Below are positions 37,516-50,949 of a stretch of 64,000 nt of DNA, one piece after another. The stretch covers positions 1,124,870-1,188,869 of the forward strand of contig MU058103.1 in NCBI GenBank assembly GCA_013265495.1. The letters are read 5' to 3'. Numbering within the stretch: the stretch's first letter is position 1; the number at the start of each line of letters is the position of its first letter. The notes beneath the pieces were generated by a model that did not search any database, was not told where the DNA came from, and worked only from the letters and a program-made list of their open reading frames with translations. The DNA is from Vicugna vicugna. Its lineage: Eukaryota. The position numbers and the translations under genes are program-made.

Positions 37516-39914
37516 TTAAACAATTTTTATAACTGATTATCTCACAATTCCCAGAAAAGTATCTGCTACAGATGATACTTTGGGAAAGGTACTTAATTTT
37601 ATGAATCTTTACATCCTCGTTGGTTGTTAGGCCAATCCTAGCCATCTTTCAGGGCTTTTGTTAAATTGAATATCATGAGTATTATAATTATTGAAAGGAA
37701 TAATTCTTAACAAAATAAAGCATTTAATGACAGTTTATTGGCACAAAAAAGTTAATAGTATGCACAAAAATGCAAAATAAAATGTGTCAAATGAGAGATG
37801 CTTGTAAATTTCTATGCATATAAATATGTAAGAGTTCAATTGTGACAGACAAGTCTGTTACGATACACGCTCTCTCCCAGTCCTTCTGGCAAACTTTTCA
37901 ATTATGTTCACACTCATACATTCTGGGTATAGAATTTCAGAAGAACAGATTTATTTTTTTTATTTGAAAAAAAATTTCCAAAGGCTCTGATGTTGTAGAT
38001 ACACTTGAATGAAATGTTTACTGAATCTCTCCTATATACACCAGAGTCCCCTGGGCACTGCAGATCTGAAACTCGATGAAGCAGGAACCCTGATCGCAGA
38101 GGAAGCTGCAGACTGGAGCAGAGGTTCTCTGTACATGTGCTCTGAGTATTTTTTTTCCCCACAAGTAATTGGTAACTTAAAGTGGTTGTATCTAAGTCCA
38201 GAGTTTCCGAAAGATTTACATGTTCTTATTATAAAGGGCATCCAAGGTTCTCCCCTCAAATTTTTTACATGCTCGTTCTGTGTTTTAATATGCTTCTGCG
38301 TGGAAATAAATGTTAAAGACCCAGCTGCTGGGCCAGCCGATGTACCAGGATTACCAGGGCAAGGACGTGGAAGTGTCTTGACCTATGAGTGTAATCTATT
38401 CTGCATGTGTCTAAATTGGGGACCACATCCCAGTGAATTCATTTTTAAAAAACCTAAGGTGGTGACAACAGAGTTCCTTTCCATAGTGTGTTGCATTTGA
38501 ATCATCTTCATAATCAGTAGTCACTTCAGCAGTGATACATCCCAAGTGTATCAAGCCAGCAGCTTGTTCTGCATTGTATTGGCCCCTGCGTGTGGCCCTG
38601 GGTTACATAATGAACAAAGCTGGCGTGTTTCTGGACTGCATGGACCTTTTTGTGCTTTTTAGTTTTCTTCCCTTTGGCTGTTGACCTCCTCAAAAAATCA
38701 CATAAAAGGCAAATGCTAAATAGCAGGTACAAATTTCCCGAATGCAGATACATGTAAGGTGAAAATGTAACTCTTTTCCTATAATGTATTGCCGTGTTTC
38801 GGTTCCCAGCTGTCCAAGCCTGATGCACAAACAAAATCTGGTGATTTTCAGATAAATTTCAGCACAATGCAGTGATTTTCTAGTCTATCAGGTACTTATA
38901 TCATTCGATCACATTCTGTTTAGACTCCTTCTCAGGAGATCCTCCCTTCTGCTCCCCTCTGGGATTTATTGCAAGCTCCGGAGGGCTGGTTCTGCTGCTG
39001 GCCCAGTGGTGTTGAGGAGGCTGCCTCTTGTTCAGGAACGCCATCTGTCTTAGTCTCATGCTGGTCTCCTACTCCCAAGGAAATCCACTGCATGCTCAGT
39101 GTAAGTTGCTGAGGATCTATTGGCAAGACTTCAGGTACCCATGGGCTTCCCTGATACCAACCTCTTGTGGGGAGGCCTTGGTACCCTCACTTGACCCTCA
39201 GTGGGGACTAGTCAAGCCATGTCTTTTTCATATTCATTCCCTTGGCTTGTCTGGCCATGAACTTCAATCTCAGTCCTTCCTGCATCATCCATTTACTCAC
39301 TTGCTACAGAAAAATCCAGGCACATATCAGTGACTCATGTTCCCCTAACATCCCACGCTGACTTTCATCCCTCAGAGGTCCAGATAGGGCTCAAGGGCAC
39401 CCCGGTTGTCCCTGCCTCTAATCCCCCGAACTTCAGAGGGAGATTCTCTCACACTTCTGCACTCCTCTCTGCTCATCAGCACTTCAGCCCACTGCGGGCG
39501 AGGCTGAAAGACAAACCCACTACCCAGCTCTCTTGTGTCCTCTTCGACTCTCTTCCCTCACCTCAACCTAGAAGGTTCCCTAGCCTGGAATGGTGGTGGG
39601 AAACATCACTTTGGTGACTCATCTTCCCTGTCAAACTTTTTCTTTCTTGTATCTGGATCGAAGCTTTTTATTTTAGAAAGTCTCTGATAACTTTTGAAAG
39701 CCCCTGTTTTAGGTTGATGGCAGCCTCTTTGACACGTCAGGATTATAGATTGTTACATCCTTAAATGTCTCAAAGTATTATCCTGCTATTATTAAGCATA
39801 AAGAGCTTTATAGAAACAGGGACTAAGTAGCACTCCTCTACTTTCTGATAACACCCTGTCCACAGTTCTGTAGTCATTTACTGAGATTTATTGAAAAAAC
39901 CTACTTATGCAGTT

Positions 39915-40015
39915 TCTGCCACTAAACTGTAATTTCTTCAAGGACATGGGGGCATGTCTTACTCATTTTTGAATCCCAGTGCCTAGAACTGGGCTTCGCA
40001 TGTGGTGGGTACTAT
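39915..40015 (+). mobile_element. L2 3' fragment
   Basis: ctaaactgtaatttcttcaaggaca...tgtcttactcatttttgaatcccagtgcctagaac. Confidence 0.7.
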
Positions 40016-40019
40016 AATC

Positions 40020-40235
40020 GATAGCATTCATTGAGCTTTTGTTGAGTGCTCTGCATTGGGTTGAAGGCTTTACAAGCATGAAGTCTTTTGATCCCCACAA
40101 CCCCACAAGGCAGGTAATATAGCTATGTTTTACATCTGAGAGACTAAAGACCAGAAAGCATTCCTCAAGGCAAAGAGATTACAAGGAGTGAAGGCTGAGA
40201 TCAAATCCAGGTGTAATCTCTATGTCACACTGCCT
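40020..40235 (-). mobile_element. MIR SINE
   Basis: tagcattcattgagc...atccccacaaccccacaaggcaggtaatat...ttttacatctgagagactaaag. Confidence 0.7.
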
Positions 40236-40395
40236 CTAAATTAATATTTGATTATGTAGAACCCACATTTGAAGTCCGTCAAATTCTAAACATCTGTCCC
40301 ATCAGACTAGATGCTGGATATATCTGGGAACTCTGCCAGGACAGGTGCGCTGTTCGATTAGAAATACTTATATCGATTAGAAATATTTTTATCTC

Positions 40396-40890
40396 TGTGA
40401 GTCTGTTTCTGTTTTGTAGATGAATTCATTAGTGTTCTCTTTACTAGCAGACATAGTAAACAATCTTATGGTTACCGGGAGAAAGGGGGTGGGAAGGGAT
40501 AAATTTGGGAGTTTGAGATTTGCAAGTGTTAATGACTATATATAAAAATAGATAAAAAACAGATTTCTTCTGTATAGCACAGGGAACTATATTCAGTATC
40601 TTCATTCATAAAAGTAATAACTTTTAATGAAAGAGAATATGAAAATGGGGAGGATGTAGCTCAAGTGGTAGAGCACATGCTTAGCATGCACGAGGTCCTG
40701 GTTCAATCCCCAGTATCTCCTCTAAAAATAAAATTAATAAATAAACCTAATTAATCCAGCACCCACCAAAAATAAAACTAAAAGAATATGAAAGTGAATA
40801 TATGTATATATGTGTGTGACTGGGACATTATGCTGTATACCAGAAACTGATACATCATAACTGACTATACTTCAATTAAAAAGAAAAAAT
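40396..40890 (+). mobile_element. Short L1 3' end with an inverted 5' segment (40396-40442)
   Basis: Antisense tgtgagtctgtttctgttttgtagatg joined to sense cagacatagtaaacaatcttatggttacc...ctgactatacttcaattaaaaag; TSD aaatatttttatctc (40381-40395) / aaatacttttatctc (40891-40905). Confidence 0.92.
40647..40782 (+). mobile_element. tRNA-derived SINE (vic-1-like), long form, nested in the L1
   Basis: ggggaggatgtagctcaagtggtagagcacatgcttagcatgcacgaggtcctggttcaatcccc; TSD agaatatgaaaatg / agaatatgaaagtg. Confidence 0.93.
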
Positions 40891-41034
40891 AAATACTTTT
40901 ATCTCCTTACATAGAAACATGGTTAGATTGTAGGCAATTCTTTCTAAATTCTATTGAATTGATTTACTTTAAATCAGTATATTATAAGTGGCATTTCTGA
41001 TTTTGAATCCTCTATAACTTTTATTTTTCTACCC

Positions 41035-41300
41035 AATTAGTTTGTTCCAAATATCACATATGAAAACCTGCTATACACTAGGCTTTGTAGATAATGGAAA
41101 AATAGGACTCATTGAAGGGAGCTCAGAGTCTCAGAGTGGAGAGAAACATATAAACAGAGTACAGTAACCATTTAAGTACAATCTAGAGCTCACACGTGAG
41201 GTAGAGAGTTAGCTCCAAGGAAATACAACCTTATCTGTGCTGGGGAGGAGGGACGTGGTGGTCAAAAAATGCTTCCTGCCATGGTGGTGTAGAAGAGCTC
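41035..41300 (-). mobile_element. L2 fragment
   Basis: aaacctgctatacactaggctttg...gggagctcagagtc...ggagagaaacatataaacag. Confidence 0.55.
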
Positions 41301-44300
41301 TTTAGGCAGAAATATTAGCGAGGGTCTTGGGAGCCAAACCGCTTTTCATCAGCCAATTCCCCTAGGGATGTCTCAGGGAATTTGGCTACTGCACTTGCTT
41401 GGACTTCAGTAAAGTTTGGGTGTGTGAGCTGCTGAGTCCGAGACGCCCAGATCAAGACTGCTGATGCTGACTTCACTCAAACACAATTATTAACAGTAAA
41501 CAGTTTATATAAAATTTATTTATTCCACATCTTGTTCCAGCCATCATTTAAGGCATCTTTCCTAAACTTTATGGCAATTTAAAATATACATAGAGAAAAA
41601 CAGAGAAAAAAAGAAAGAATGAGGATTAAGGTGAAAATAGGAAGTCATGCGTAAAACTGATACATAAACTGCTCTGCTTTTAAGTCCTGTGTCATTTCTA
41701 GAATTGGACCACAAATTTGATTGTGAGTTTTCTAGCAGCCAGACCAAAGAGGGAGCCATCAATGCCCAGTGCCCATAAAACAAAAATAGAACAGATACTC
41801 AAGAGCAGCATTGTTATTCCTGGTATGGTGACCAGAGAAAAGTCCAGCCAATGTGTAATGCAATGGGCACTGTTTTCAACAATATTCAAATTTCAGATAT
41901 TCAAATTAGTCGAATAGTTTTTCTTTTTAATCCCATACTGTTTGTCACTAAGTACTGATGACATCAAACTAGGTCACAGTTGAGTAGACACAAATCTGCT
42001 GGGACATAAAGTGGGACACTTGCTGCTATGCATGGGCTCTGCTCCACTAGAACAATCCAAGAATGGGCTCCAGGCTCCAGGCATGGCCTTTAGGCTACCC
42101 TCTACCAGCGCCATTTCCTTTCCTCAAGATTTTGGTAAAGATTGATGGACAGTATATTTGAAGTTACATTTCCTGAATAGCCATCTGCACACAGCTATTT
42201 TATGTGTTGGGACGAGTTCTGAGGCTTTCATAGTCATCTGAACTGGAATCAGGTTTCACATCCTCTCATGAAAGAGGACCTAACAGAGTCATGGCACAGC
42301 TACATTGACTTCTTACCTCTCATTTCAGATTCAGGATTATGGAACAAAATCCAGGGGTAGGGGGTAAACACCATCAAGATTTTCAACACCTAGTGTTGGA
42401 TCAACTACAGTTGTTCAGGCAAATAGACAACTGGAAATCCAGCCAATTCAAATCTTCAGCACAGTCAAAATAATTCCAGTATTTGTCTATTCATTCATTC
42501 AATTAGTCATCCAACAAATGCTGTGCATTTAGCATCTAAGATCTTTACATCAGAAGCTCAACACCTCCCACCCTCTAGGCCATTCTGTGCCCCCATAGAG
42601 TGATTCACCTTAAAATAGAGTAGCCTAGGATGTCTACAAAATAAATGGGTTCGGAGTGCACAGCAAGGCAATTGAGTCAGTTACGTTTCTGAACAGAATT
42701 ATGGAATGTAAAAGTCCTCTAAATATTGGATGACAGCTACCTAAATTGGGCCTTTTTACTGTAGATCACTGATCTGTAGCCATTCTTTCTGGGAATCACT
42801 GGCCAACAAGCCAGTTGTCCATTTAGATCCCCTGTTGTTGCTGAGGGTAGAAAGGCAACCAGAGGGCCCGTCTGGAAATGCACGAGCTGAGGCTGATAGG
42901 AGCTCCACCACGCACCCGGGGAGGGACTGTGCAGATCACATCTTCCCACGGAGTCACCAGGTGCTGGTAGCTGCTGTTCCCAGCGTTGTGTAAAACTCCC
43001 TCTGAGAGCTGGCACTCAAACACGGACTGCTGCCCAAACTCAGGCTGCTTTCCCCAAGCTTGCGAGGGGCACTGGTCCTCACCACCTGCCTCATGCTGTG
43101 TTCTACTGCATCTGGCCCGGCAGGGTGGCCGTGGGCAGGAGTACACGGACTCCAGATTAGGCTAAACCACCTGCCACTGAATTCCAGGCATCTTATTCAT
43201 TACCTGGTGTTTGCCTGAGCCTTTTGCTCTACAGAGAAACAACCAGTGTTAATCCCATAGGTCCTGAAGATGGGGAGTTGTGCTTCAGCTGATTGGAGGT
43301 AGCCACAAGTTGTTAAGTTTATTTCTTTAGAGACCGAAAGAAGTTTGATTTCATTCGAAATTAGTATCTAGTCTTTCAGAAAGTCCCTGTTCTTTCTGAT
43401 ATTCTGAGTGATAGTAAGAGGCAGGCTTTTGGTAAATACCAATAACACAGGGACAGTGTATACAACTGGCACTTCTTAGCCTTTGCCAGACGCTGGGTCA
43501 GTTGCTTCTATTCAGATGCCAAGGGAGTCTTAAGTAGAGCCACGAGCAAACTTCCATTAACCCTCACTTTTCCACACGGTCATAAAGGGTGTGATGTGGT
43601 CAGTAACCCACGAGTTCCTAAATTGAGAATTCCCAGGCTGCAAAAAACTGACACACATTGGAGATAAAACACCTGGTATCAATAGGACAGTCACTTGTGT
43701 AAGACAAAGGGCCACAGGTAAACAAAAAAGAGAGGAAGTGTTTTGAGTTTAAAAGGTTCTGGAAAAAACATTAAGGGTGAAGGAAGACCTACCACGGAGT
43801 GTGACCCATGAATAATTCTTAGGGCGAGAAAACCGCTCCTGGTTGCTAAACTTACAGTATGCTATATATATGTTTTTTTTTCTTGGCTGTTTTATGTACA
43901 ATAGGACAAATTATTTTCAAGACCCAGAAAGAAAGGGATCCTGTGTGATGATCATTTTCACAATGTCAGTAGAGTGAAGAGGGTGGGAAGGATACAAAAT
44001 CCAGACAGCTAGGAGACAGGGAGCAAGGATGGAGGCTCTAAAATAAGATAAAAGGGTGGGGGTGGTTGGGGGCTCTGGAAACATCCTACAAAAAGCATCA
44101 TGTTTAATTTATCTTAAACTCCTCATTTATCATGTTCCCCTGATGTGGGGAACGGAAAAGAGAAAGGCAAGAGGGAGGCTGGCAGAATGAAACACTACCA
44201 GAATGTGCCCCCCAGCTTTCTCAAATTGGAGAAAATCCTCAAAGTGTGATTCTTTGTTGCTTCCCCCCCTCTCCCCAGGAGTTATTTCCCTTCAAAGACA

Positions 44301-44879
44301 AGCATCTTTCAAGTACTCTTGTGTGGAGCAAATTTAGACCACACTAGGAGGGGTGAGGCCATCTTAGGCAGGAATGTTGATAAATGAGAAGGCTGTGGTA
44401 GACGATTTGGATTTAGGAGAGCTGGATTCAAGTTTCCTCTCTCGCAACCCGAGAACTGAGTGACTGGAGTGGCTTGCTTTGCCTTGATGGCGTGGGAGGC
44501 TATTCTGAGGAGTCATATGAAGCCTGCTGTTGAACTTACTGTAGAGATGTCATGCAACAGAGTTTGCAATGATAGTGTCTTCTTTATGCAAATCCGTGGA
44601 AGAAAATTCCTTCCTATCTTGATATGAACAGAATAGGAAGAGAGCAGTGATTCCCGGTGGCCAGCCAAAAGGACAAGCCTTAGGCAAATTTGACCTTGAG
44701 AAGTTATTTAACCATTTTGAGACCAATTTTCTCTCCCCAAAAATAGGGAACTAATCACTCTGGCATAGGATTACTGTGGGGAATCAGTGAAATTGTGTTT
44801 TATGTTCTGGTATAGAGAAGCAGCTCGCAAACAGTGGCTGGAACAACGCTCGTTATCATTGTTCAGCTCTACGTTGTAA

Positions 44880-45313
44880 CAGAGGAAGGACGCAAAACGC
44901 CATCAGCAAAGAGAAAAGGTGCGTTGAATGGGGAAACCAGACGCAAGCTTCGTAGTGTCCTCTCCTGGTGGAATCACACAGGACACACTCAGTTCCTCCA
45001 GCAGTGAGCCGGGACTAGTGTGGCATGGTGTTATCAGGGATGTTCATTAAAGAGTTGATACCTAAGGTTTTCTTTTCACTGGGCGCTGGTCACAGAAGCA
45101 CACTGTGTCTAGCAAGTGTCCAAATTCTAGATGCCCAGAAGGAAAACAAGTGTTTAGCATAAACCACACTTTTTATACATATGAGCTGCTTGTAACGGTC
45201 TGGGAACCCTCTTGAGATTCAAGTTCCCAGAAGCCAACTACAGGCCAACCTTGGCAAGCTGGTCTTTCTAAGGATTCAGCCTCAAGCCTGCTGTGTTCAC
45301 TCTCTTCTGCAAA
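44880..45313 (-). mobile_element. MER21-like LTR fragment
   Basis: gaaaccagacgcaagcttc...gtcctctcctggtggaatcacacaggac...cccagaaggaaaacaagtgtttagcataaacc...ggccaaccttggcaagctggtctttctaagga...gcctgctgtgttcactctcttctgc. Confidence 0.85.
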
Positions 45314-45889
45314 TCTCCACTAGAAAGTGTTTATAATTTAATAAGTGTCGGTTGGGTCATGGTTTTTGTCTTGGTTTATCTTTGTTTTTATGTTGTTTCA
45401 ATTTCCACATTTACTTTACTTTTGTATTTTGTTTTGCATGCATCGCCAGCCGATTTCATGTCTTTTTTTTTTTTTAAATAGCAGGTTGATAACAAATCTT
45501 TGCTGGTTGGAAAAATAGAATAAGACTATACTAAACAATAGATGTGCGCCTTTGCGGCATTCTTATCCTCTGTTAGTCTAGGTTCTCCAATACACATTCA
45601 AAACCAGAATCCTATCTTTTTCATTGTTTCATAGGTTAATAATAATAGTGAAGGTGATGAAGATGCTAATTATTTTTTCCTTTTATATAATCCATAGGAT
45701 TATCTGAACATCAAGTTAAATACGAAAGCTAAAAATATGTTTTATACTCTATGTTCGTGAGCATTTACAAGTTGTTGTAATCATTGGTAATGTGATGGTC
45801 TTGGGTGGATCACTTAAGAAAGCAGAGTAGCTGGTCTAAAGAGGGACGGCTACACCTGAGAGCCAGGGGGAAAAGAGTCCAATTTAGTA

Positions 45890-46090
45890 GCCGCAGGTTC
45901 ACAGACCTGTTCTTCCACTTGTTGGCTGGGTTAACCTGGAAACATTGCTTGACCTTTCTTCTGTGTCTCAGTTTCGTTATCTGAAAACTGGGGATAATAA
46001 TACTTGTCTCAGAGGGTTATTTTAAGGATACTTATAGGACTCTTAGTTCAGTGTCTGACATATTGCAAGGACTCAGCTAATCAGGGGTAT
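45890..46090 (+). mobile_element. MIR SINE
   Basis: ctgtgtctcagtttcgttatctgaaaactggggataataatac. Confidence 0.8.
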
Positions 46091-47311
46091 TTGTATGCCA
46101 TATTAGCCTTTGCATTCATTTTAACTGTTGGTTCCTAAGCAATTCACCTGTTAGACTCTGGATCTCAGTAGCCCAGTTGCTATGTCTCCATGGGTGCGCA
46201 CTGCGGTGCCTTCTGGCTCTTACGTGCAGTGGGACGTAACTGAGACTTTGCACAATTGCCCTTCTCTCTCTCAAAGCACACACAGCCCAGTTCCAGGTCC
46301 AGAACACTGCAGAGTTTAAGAGGGCAGGCTCAAGACTCTCCCTCTGCACGACGAAATCCTGACACCACTTCCCACTTGACTAATACTCCATCTGACTAAA
46401 CCCCAGGCTCCAGTCTATAAGATGAGGATGATCCCTCATTGACTTATTACAAGTTGAAGTGAGAACATGCATGTGTTTTAGTTACTTACCTAGCACCTAA
46501 GTCATTATCAACCCTTTGGTTTATTAAATTGCTTTTCAGAGTAAATTTTTGACAAAAGAAACCATACACCAAGAAAATAATTCTTGTGGGAAGGGAAGTT
46601 GTAGGGTATTGAAGCTCATCTTGTGAATCTGATATAAATTTAAGAAGTTAACAACTGTATTTTATTTCATTGGCCAAATACTTATTTATAATTTGAGCAG
46701 AAGTTACTTGAGCATTAAAAATGTTTGTTTTTCAGTACTTCCTTGATTCAAACATTGGCTCAAGAGGCAAATCCCTTAAGCCCTTGTCTCTGACTCCCCT
46801 CCCACATTCATACCAGCCTTTGATCAGTCTTCCATCAAGCATGGTCCAAAACCTATTGTTATTCCCATTGGCCAAGGGTAAAAGAACTGGTACTTTAAAA
46901 AATTGGAGGTTGAGAACTCTGTCACGTACCATTGGTAATATACAACATGTTCCCCACCTCCCAGCCTCAGTTGCCTTGTTTGTAAAAGGGAGATAGTTAC
47001 GATGCTGGCTTTTAAGGTCTCTTTTTAGAATTAAGTCCAATTGCAGTAAAAATGTGTGCAGCAAATACTGTTGATCAATGACTAATGATACTAGATTTCA
47101 GTGATAAAATGTATTTAACAGTCTTCAAAGTCTGGCTGCCATCCCTAAGATAACAGTTGCCCACAACCCACCAGCAAACATTTTGCATATGGGATCATGT
47201 TAGAAAATTACATCTCCCTTCTTGGGTCTGTCCCACCTCTAGAAGACTGTGAGCACTTGAAGGATTGTGATTGTCTTTCATTTCTGTATCCCAGCTCAAT
47301 CCTTCTGTGAC

Positions 47312-47685
47312 TACTATGGACTGAATTATGCGCCATCCCCCACAAATTCATACATTGAATCCTTAACCCCAACTGAGACTGTATTTGGAGATGGGGTCAC
47401 TAGGAGGTAATTTACGTTGAAGAAGTCCATGCAGGTGGGGCTCTAATCCGATTGGGCTGGTGCCTTTACAAGAAGGGGTGTGTACACAACCCTGTGGGGA
47501 CAGCGTGGCCATCTGTAAGCCAGGAGAAGAGCTCTCACCAGACACCAGCCCAGCTGGATCTTGATCTGGGACTGTCAGCCTCCAAACTGTGAGAAAAATG
47601 AATTTCTGTTATTTGAGCCATCCAGTCTATAGTTTTTTGTTTTGTTTTGTTTTTGTTTTTTTGCCAGCCCCGGCTAACTAAAGCA
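47312..47685 (+). mobile_element. MLT1A/B-like MaLR solo LTR
   Basis: tactatggactgaattatg...aaattcatacattgaatccttaacccc...gtatttggagatgggg...cagcctccaaactgtgagaaaaatgaatttctgtt. Confidence 0.9.
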
Positions 47686-47839
47686 AACACCTTAGATGGG
47701 GAATAAATAAATACATGATCAGTGGAGGATGAAGCCAGGGCTGAGACAAAGCTGAGAATTTCCAGAGAGTTTACAGGTGTGCTGTGCACTTAGTGCCAAG
47801 CCTTCATCCACTCATTCAGGAATCATTGTTGCCACAATA

Positions 47840-48090
47840 GCTAATCAGCTTCCATTGCTGAATGCTTAATAAATCGAAACCCTATATAAAGTGCTCTATA
47901 TGCATTATCTCCTTAAATCGTCTGTATACTATGTAAACTTATTTATAAACAGAATCATTTTACAGAAGAGTGAAGTCACTCAGAGGTGTTGGATATCCTT
48001 TGCTGCACAGTAGATAATGGAAAAGGAGTCTGAATCCAAGTTAGTGTGTCCCCAGAAGTCTTGTCTGTAATCATGCTCCGCCATCTTCCC
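47840..48090 (-). mobile_element. MIR SINE
   Basis: aagtgctctatatgcattatctccttaaatc...cattttacagaagagtgaag. Confidence 0.6.
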
Positions 48091-49384
48091 TAGAATAATC
48101 AAATCACCACCACCATCATCAGTCATCATCATCATCACCCTCATCACCGTTTTTGTAACTTCTGCATGGAAAAAACTGATTCATAACAATAAAAGCAGAT
48201 TCACTTGCTCTCCCCACCATCCTTATAAAAGGTATTCAGTTGGAATTATCTTTTCTCCTGTTACTGGAAGAAAACTAAGAATGTCCCAGGACTCTGCTGT
48301 TCATAATTCAGATTTTAGAAAGTCACTTTCAGTTACACAGTGTCTGTCTTGCCCAAGATTTTTAACAAAATACACAGTCAATTCAGTATTAAATTTTGCC
48401 TTTGAAATTTACTGTAGATGGAAGTTCCAGTATATAGTGGCTTCTTTGTTTCACCAATGAGCTTGGTAGCTGGTTTCTGACTTTCAAAGGTGATGGAGAG
48501 GAGTTTTACTTCAACTTCTGATTTCTTGAACTGGCTTCATCTTCTTCAGACTTGCAGATGTTTACAAGAGATGCTTTCTCTCACAGACACTTGTGTGATT
48601 CTTCAGAGATTCTCTTTACTGAGGATTTTTTTTTCCTATAGTTTATTTGATCCAGGCAAGAAACATCCCTCTCCCTAATGGCCACCTGGGACTTCTTCAC
48701 TCTACTATTAAGCCAGGCAGTGTGTGGGGGCTGAACTGTCTCCTGCCTTCTTTGTAACCTTTTAGATGGCCCTCAGGAGAACTCTCAGCAGAGCATTCGG
48801 TCCTCTGTGACCCACATCTGTACCGCAAGATATATCTGAGCATCCTTTACCCTGATGGAGTTTGGGGCTTGGAAGATGACCACAGTGCAGCAGTCCTCTC
48901 CTGCCCATTTTGAGGCAGAGAGTCAACCAGGTTCTAGCTCATTAGATGTGCCAGGCAGGAGTCAGGTCCCAGTTTAGGGACACACATAGCAAGGTCTTTG
49001 AGTCATCCTATCTGTCCCTTACTCTCCAGGCTTGAGGTAAAGGAGATGGAACCCTCCCCCCACTTACCCCCCCCACACCCAATACCAATTCAGCTGTCTC
49101 TTCCACATCCCCATTCTTTTTCATATCTTCCAAGCAAGTAAAAGCGTTCACGTGTCATTGGGTTCACGTGTCGTTGAACAGATTTGGATCTCTTTTTTTG
49201 TTTGTTTGTTTTCTGTAAATTTTACACATGATGATTTGTCCCTAAGACATTTTGATATCTACGGTTGATCATATTAACACTTCAATTGAAACTGTGGTAT
49301 TGCATTACTGACCGAACAGTTACTAGCACAGATTATGTGCTACGTATTGGAATACAAAGATGAATTCTGATTTCAAGGCATGAT

Positions 49385-49520
49385 GACTGTATGAGCTTGG
49401 ATAAATTACTCAGACTCTCTGTGCTCATTGTCCTCATCAGATTCGTAGAGATAATGTAAGTATCTTGCTCATTATGTAGTTGTGAGCATTAAAGGAGCTA
49501 ATGTAGATAAGCTGATTAGA
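49385..49520 (+). mobile_element. MIR SINE
   Basis: ctgtatgagcttggataaattactcagactctctgtgctca...gttgtgagcattaaaggagctaatg. Confidence 0.7.
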
Positions 49521-50949
49521 ATAGAAGAGAATATATAATAAGTGCAAAATGAATGTTTTGAGGGAAAATGCACAGTTCTTGTGTGGTGAGGAGAGGGAAA
49601 CAATGGCTATAACTTCTGTGAAAGAGCAAGAGTTGTCATAAAGTGGGGGTCTTATGCTCAGATGTTTGCGTATGCCACCGTAAAAGCAAAATGAGTGAAG
49701 TGGGTCAAATATAAGGAAGCAGAGAGCGGTGAGACCCATGGTGCCCTGGGGAGCTTGTCTCCTCTGAAGGGGGCAGCTGCTTCTCAGCCCCAGATGACTG
49801 TCCATTCAGGGGACAGCCAACCCATTATAGTGAGATGTCTTCTTTTTCTGTTTTCTCAAGAGAGATGGAAATCTAGGTTTTTATATAAAATCTCCACACT
49901 TTAAAACCTTGGCATATTTTTCCTTTAAAAAAAGAACATTTAATGTGTTTGCTGTTCAAACCCCCCATGAGTTGCCAGTTTGAGGTCACCAACATGGAGG
50001 AATAAGGATGTGGCCTTGAATCACAGAGAGTGGAACAACCCTCTCTGGGAAGAGAGCAAAGAGGCATAACGTGTGGTCACTTACAGCCCTATGTGTTGTG
50101 CTGTATTTGTTGGTTTTTCATGGAGAATTGGACTTTGTCAAGTGGTGAGACCCTTCTTCAGAGATCCTCCCACTCACAATCAGTGCGGAGTTCAGAGTCC
50201 TCTAACCAGGCTCAGAGTCAGGGAGATATGAAAAAGCGTAGCTTGTTCCAAGACTGTTGGAAGTCGGCGTGAGTTTTATTTAGATCTCTCACACACAAAA
50301 GCAGTCAGATTTCCTTGGTTCTTCCACTTCGCTGAATATGTATCCTTAATTATTGTTTTGGGAACAAATTCAGAATGGAATGGCAGAACTGACATCCCCA
50401 TGATATAATAAAACACTAGTCTACTTTGTTTAAACAAACAATTCTGTTATACAAGAAATTAGTTATCATTTCTATAGGAAAATACTTCATTGGACTCCCC
50501 TATTGGCTCTTCACAAACATTAATTTTGCCACTTGTAATGTGAAAAAGTGATGATACAGGCATCAGGAAAATATTGTCATTTATTTATTTAGATTACACA
50601 TTACAAAACAATCTTTTGGAAAATTAAAAGGATCATTTAGTGATTAAAAATAATTTTATGTTCTCATTATCCTGGTAGATCTAGCCTGTTACGGGTCTTT
50701 ATAACATGGTGGGTTATCAAAGTTCATAATAGGGGCTAATGGACAGTGTGTGTCATCTACCTTTATAACCTCCTCACTGAGAAATGGTACAATGCCATAC
50801 AGCATTAAGTAACAGAAGAATAGTTATATAGTTAATGATTTTGGCATCAAAGCTTTTCTCCTTGTTGTAAAGAAGGACTTACACAAGAAGCCTATTTTAA
50901 TTCATGTGTCACTTGCGTTGAAGCCTCTGTTGCATTCACACAGGCTTCA

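Noticed and set aside
38009..38500. Longest ORF (163 aa)
   Set aside because: Non-ATG start, Cys/Phe/Leu-rich random composition, no recognisable domain or convincing splice context; expected by chance in 64 kb
41515..41560. Possible ancient RTE-X/L4-type 3' end (tttattccacatcttgttcc...tttaaggc)
   Set aside because: Too short and diverged to support without a profile search
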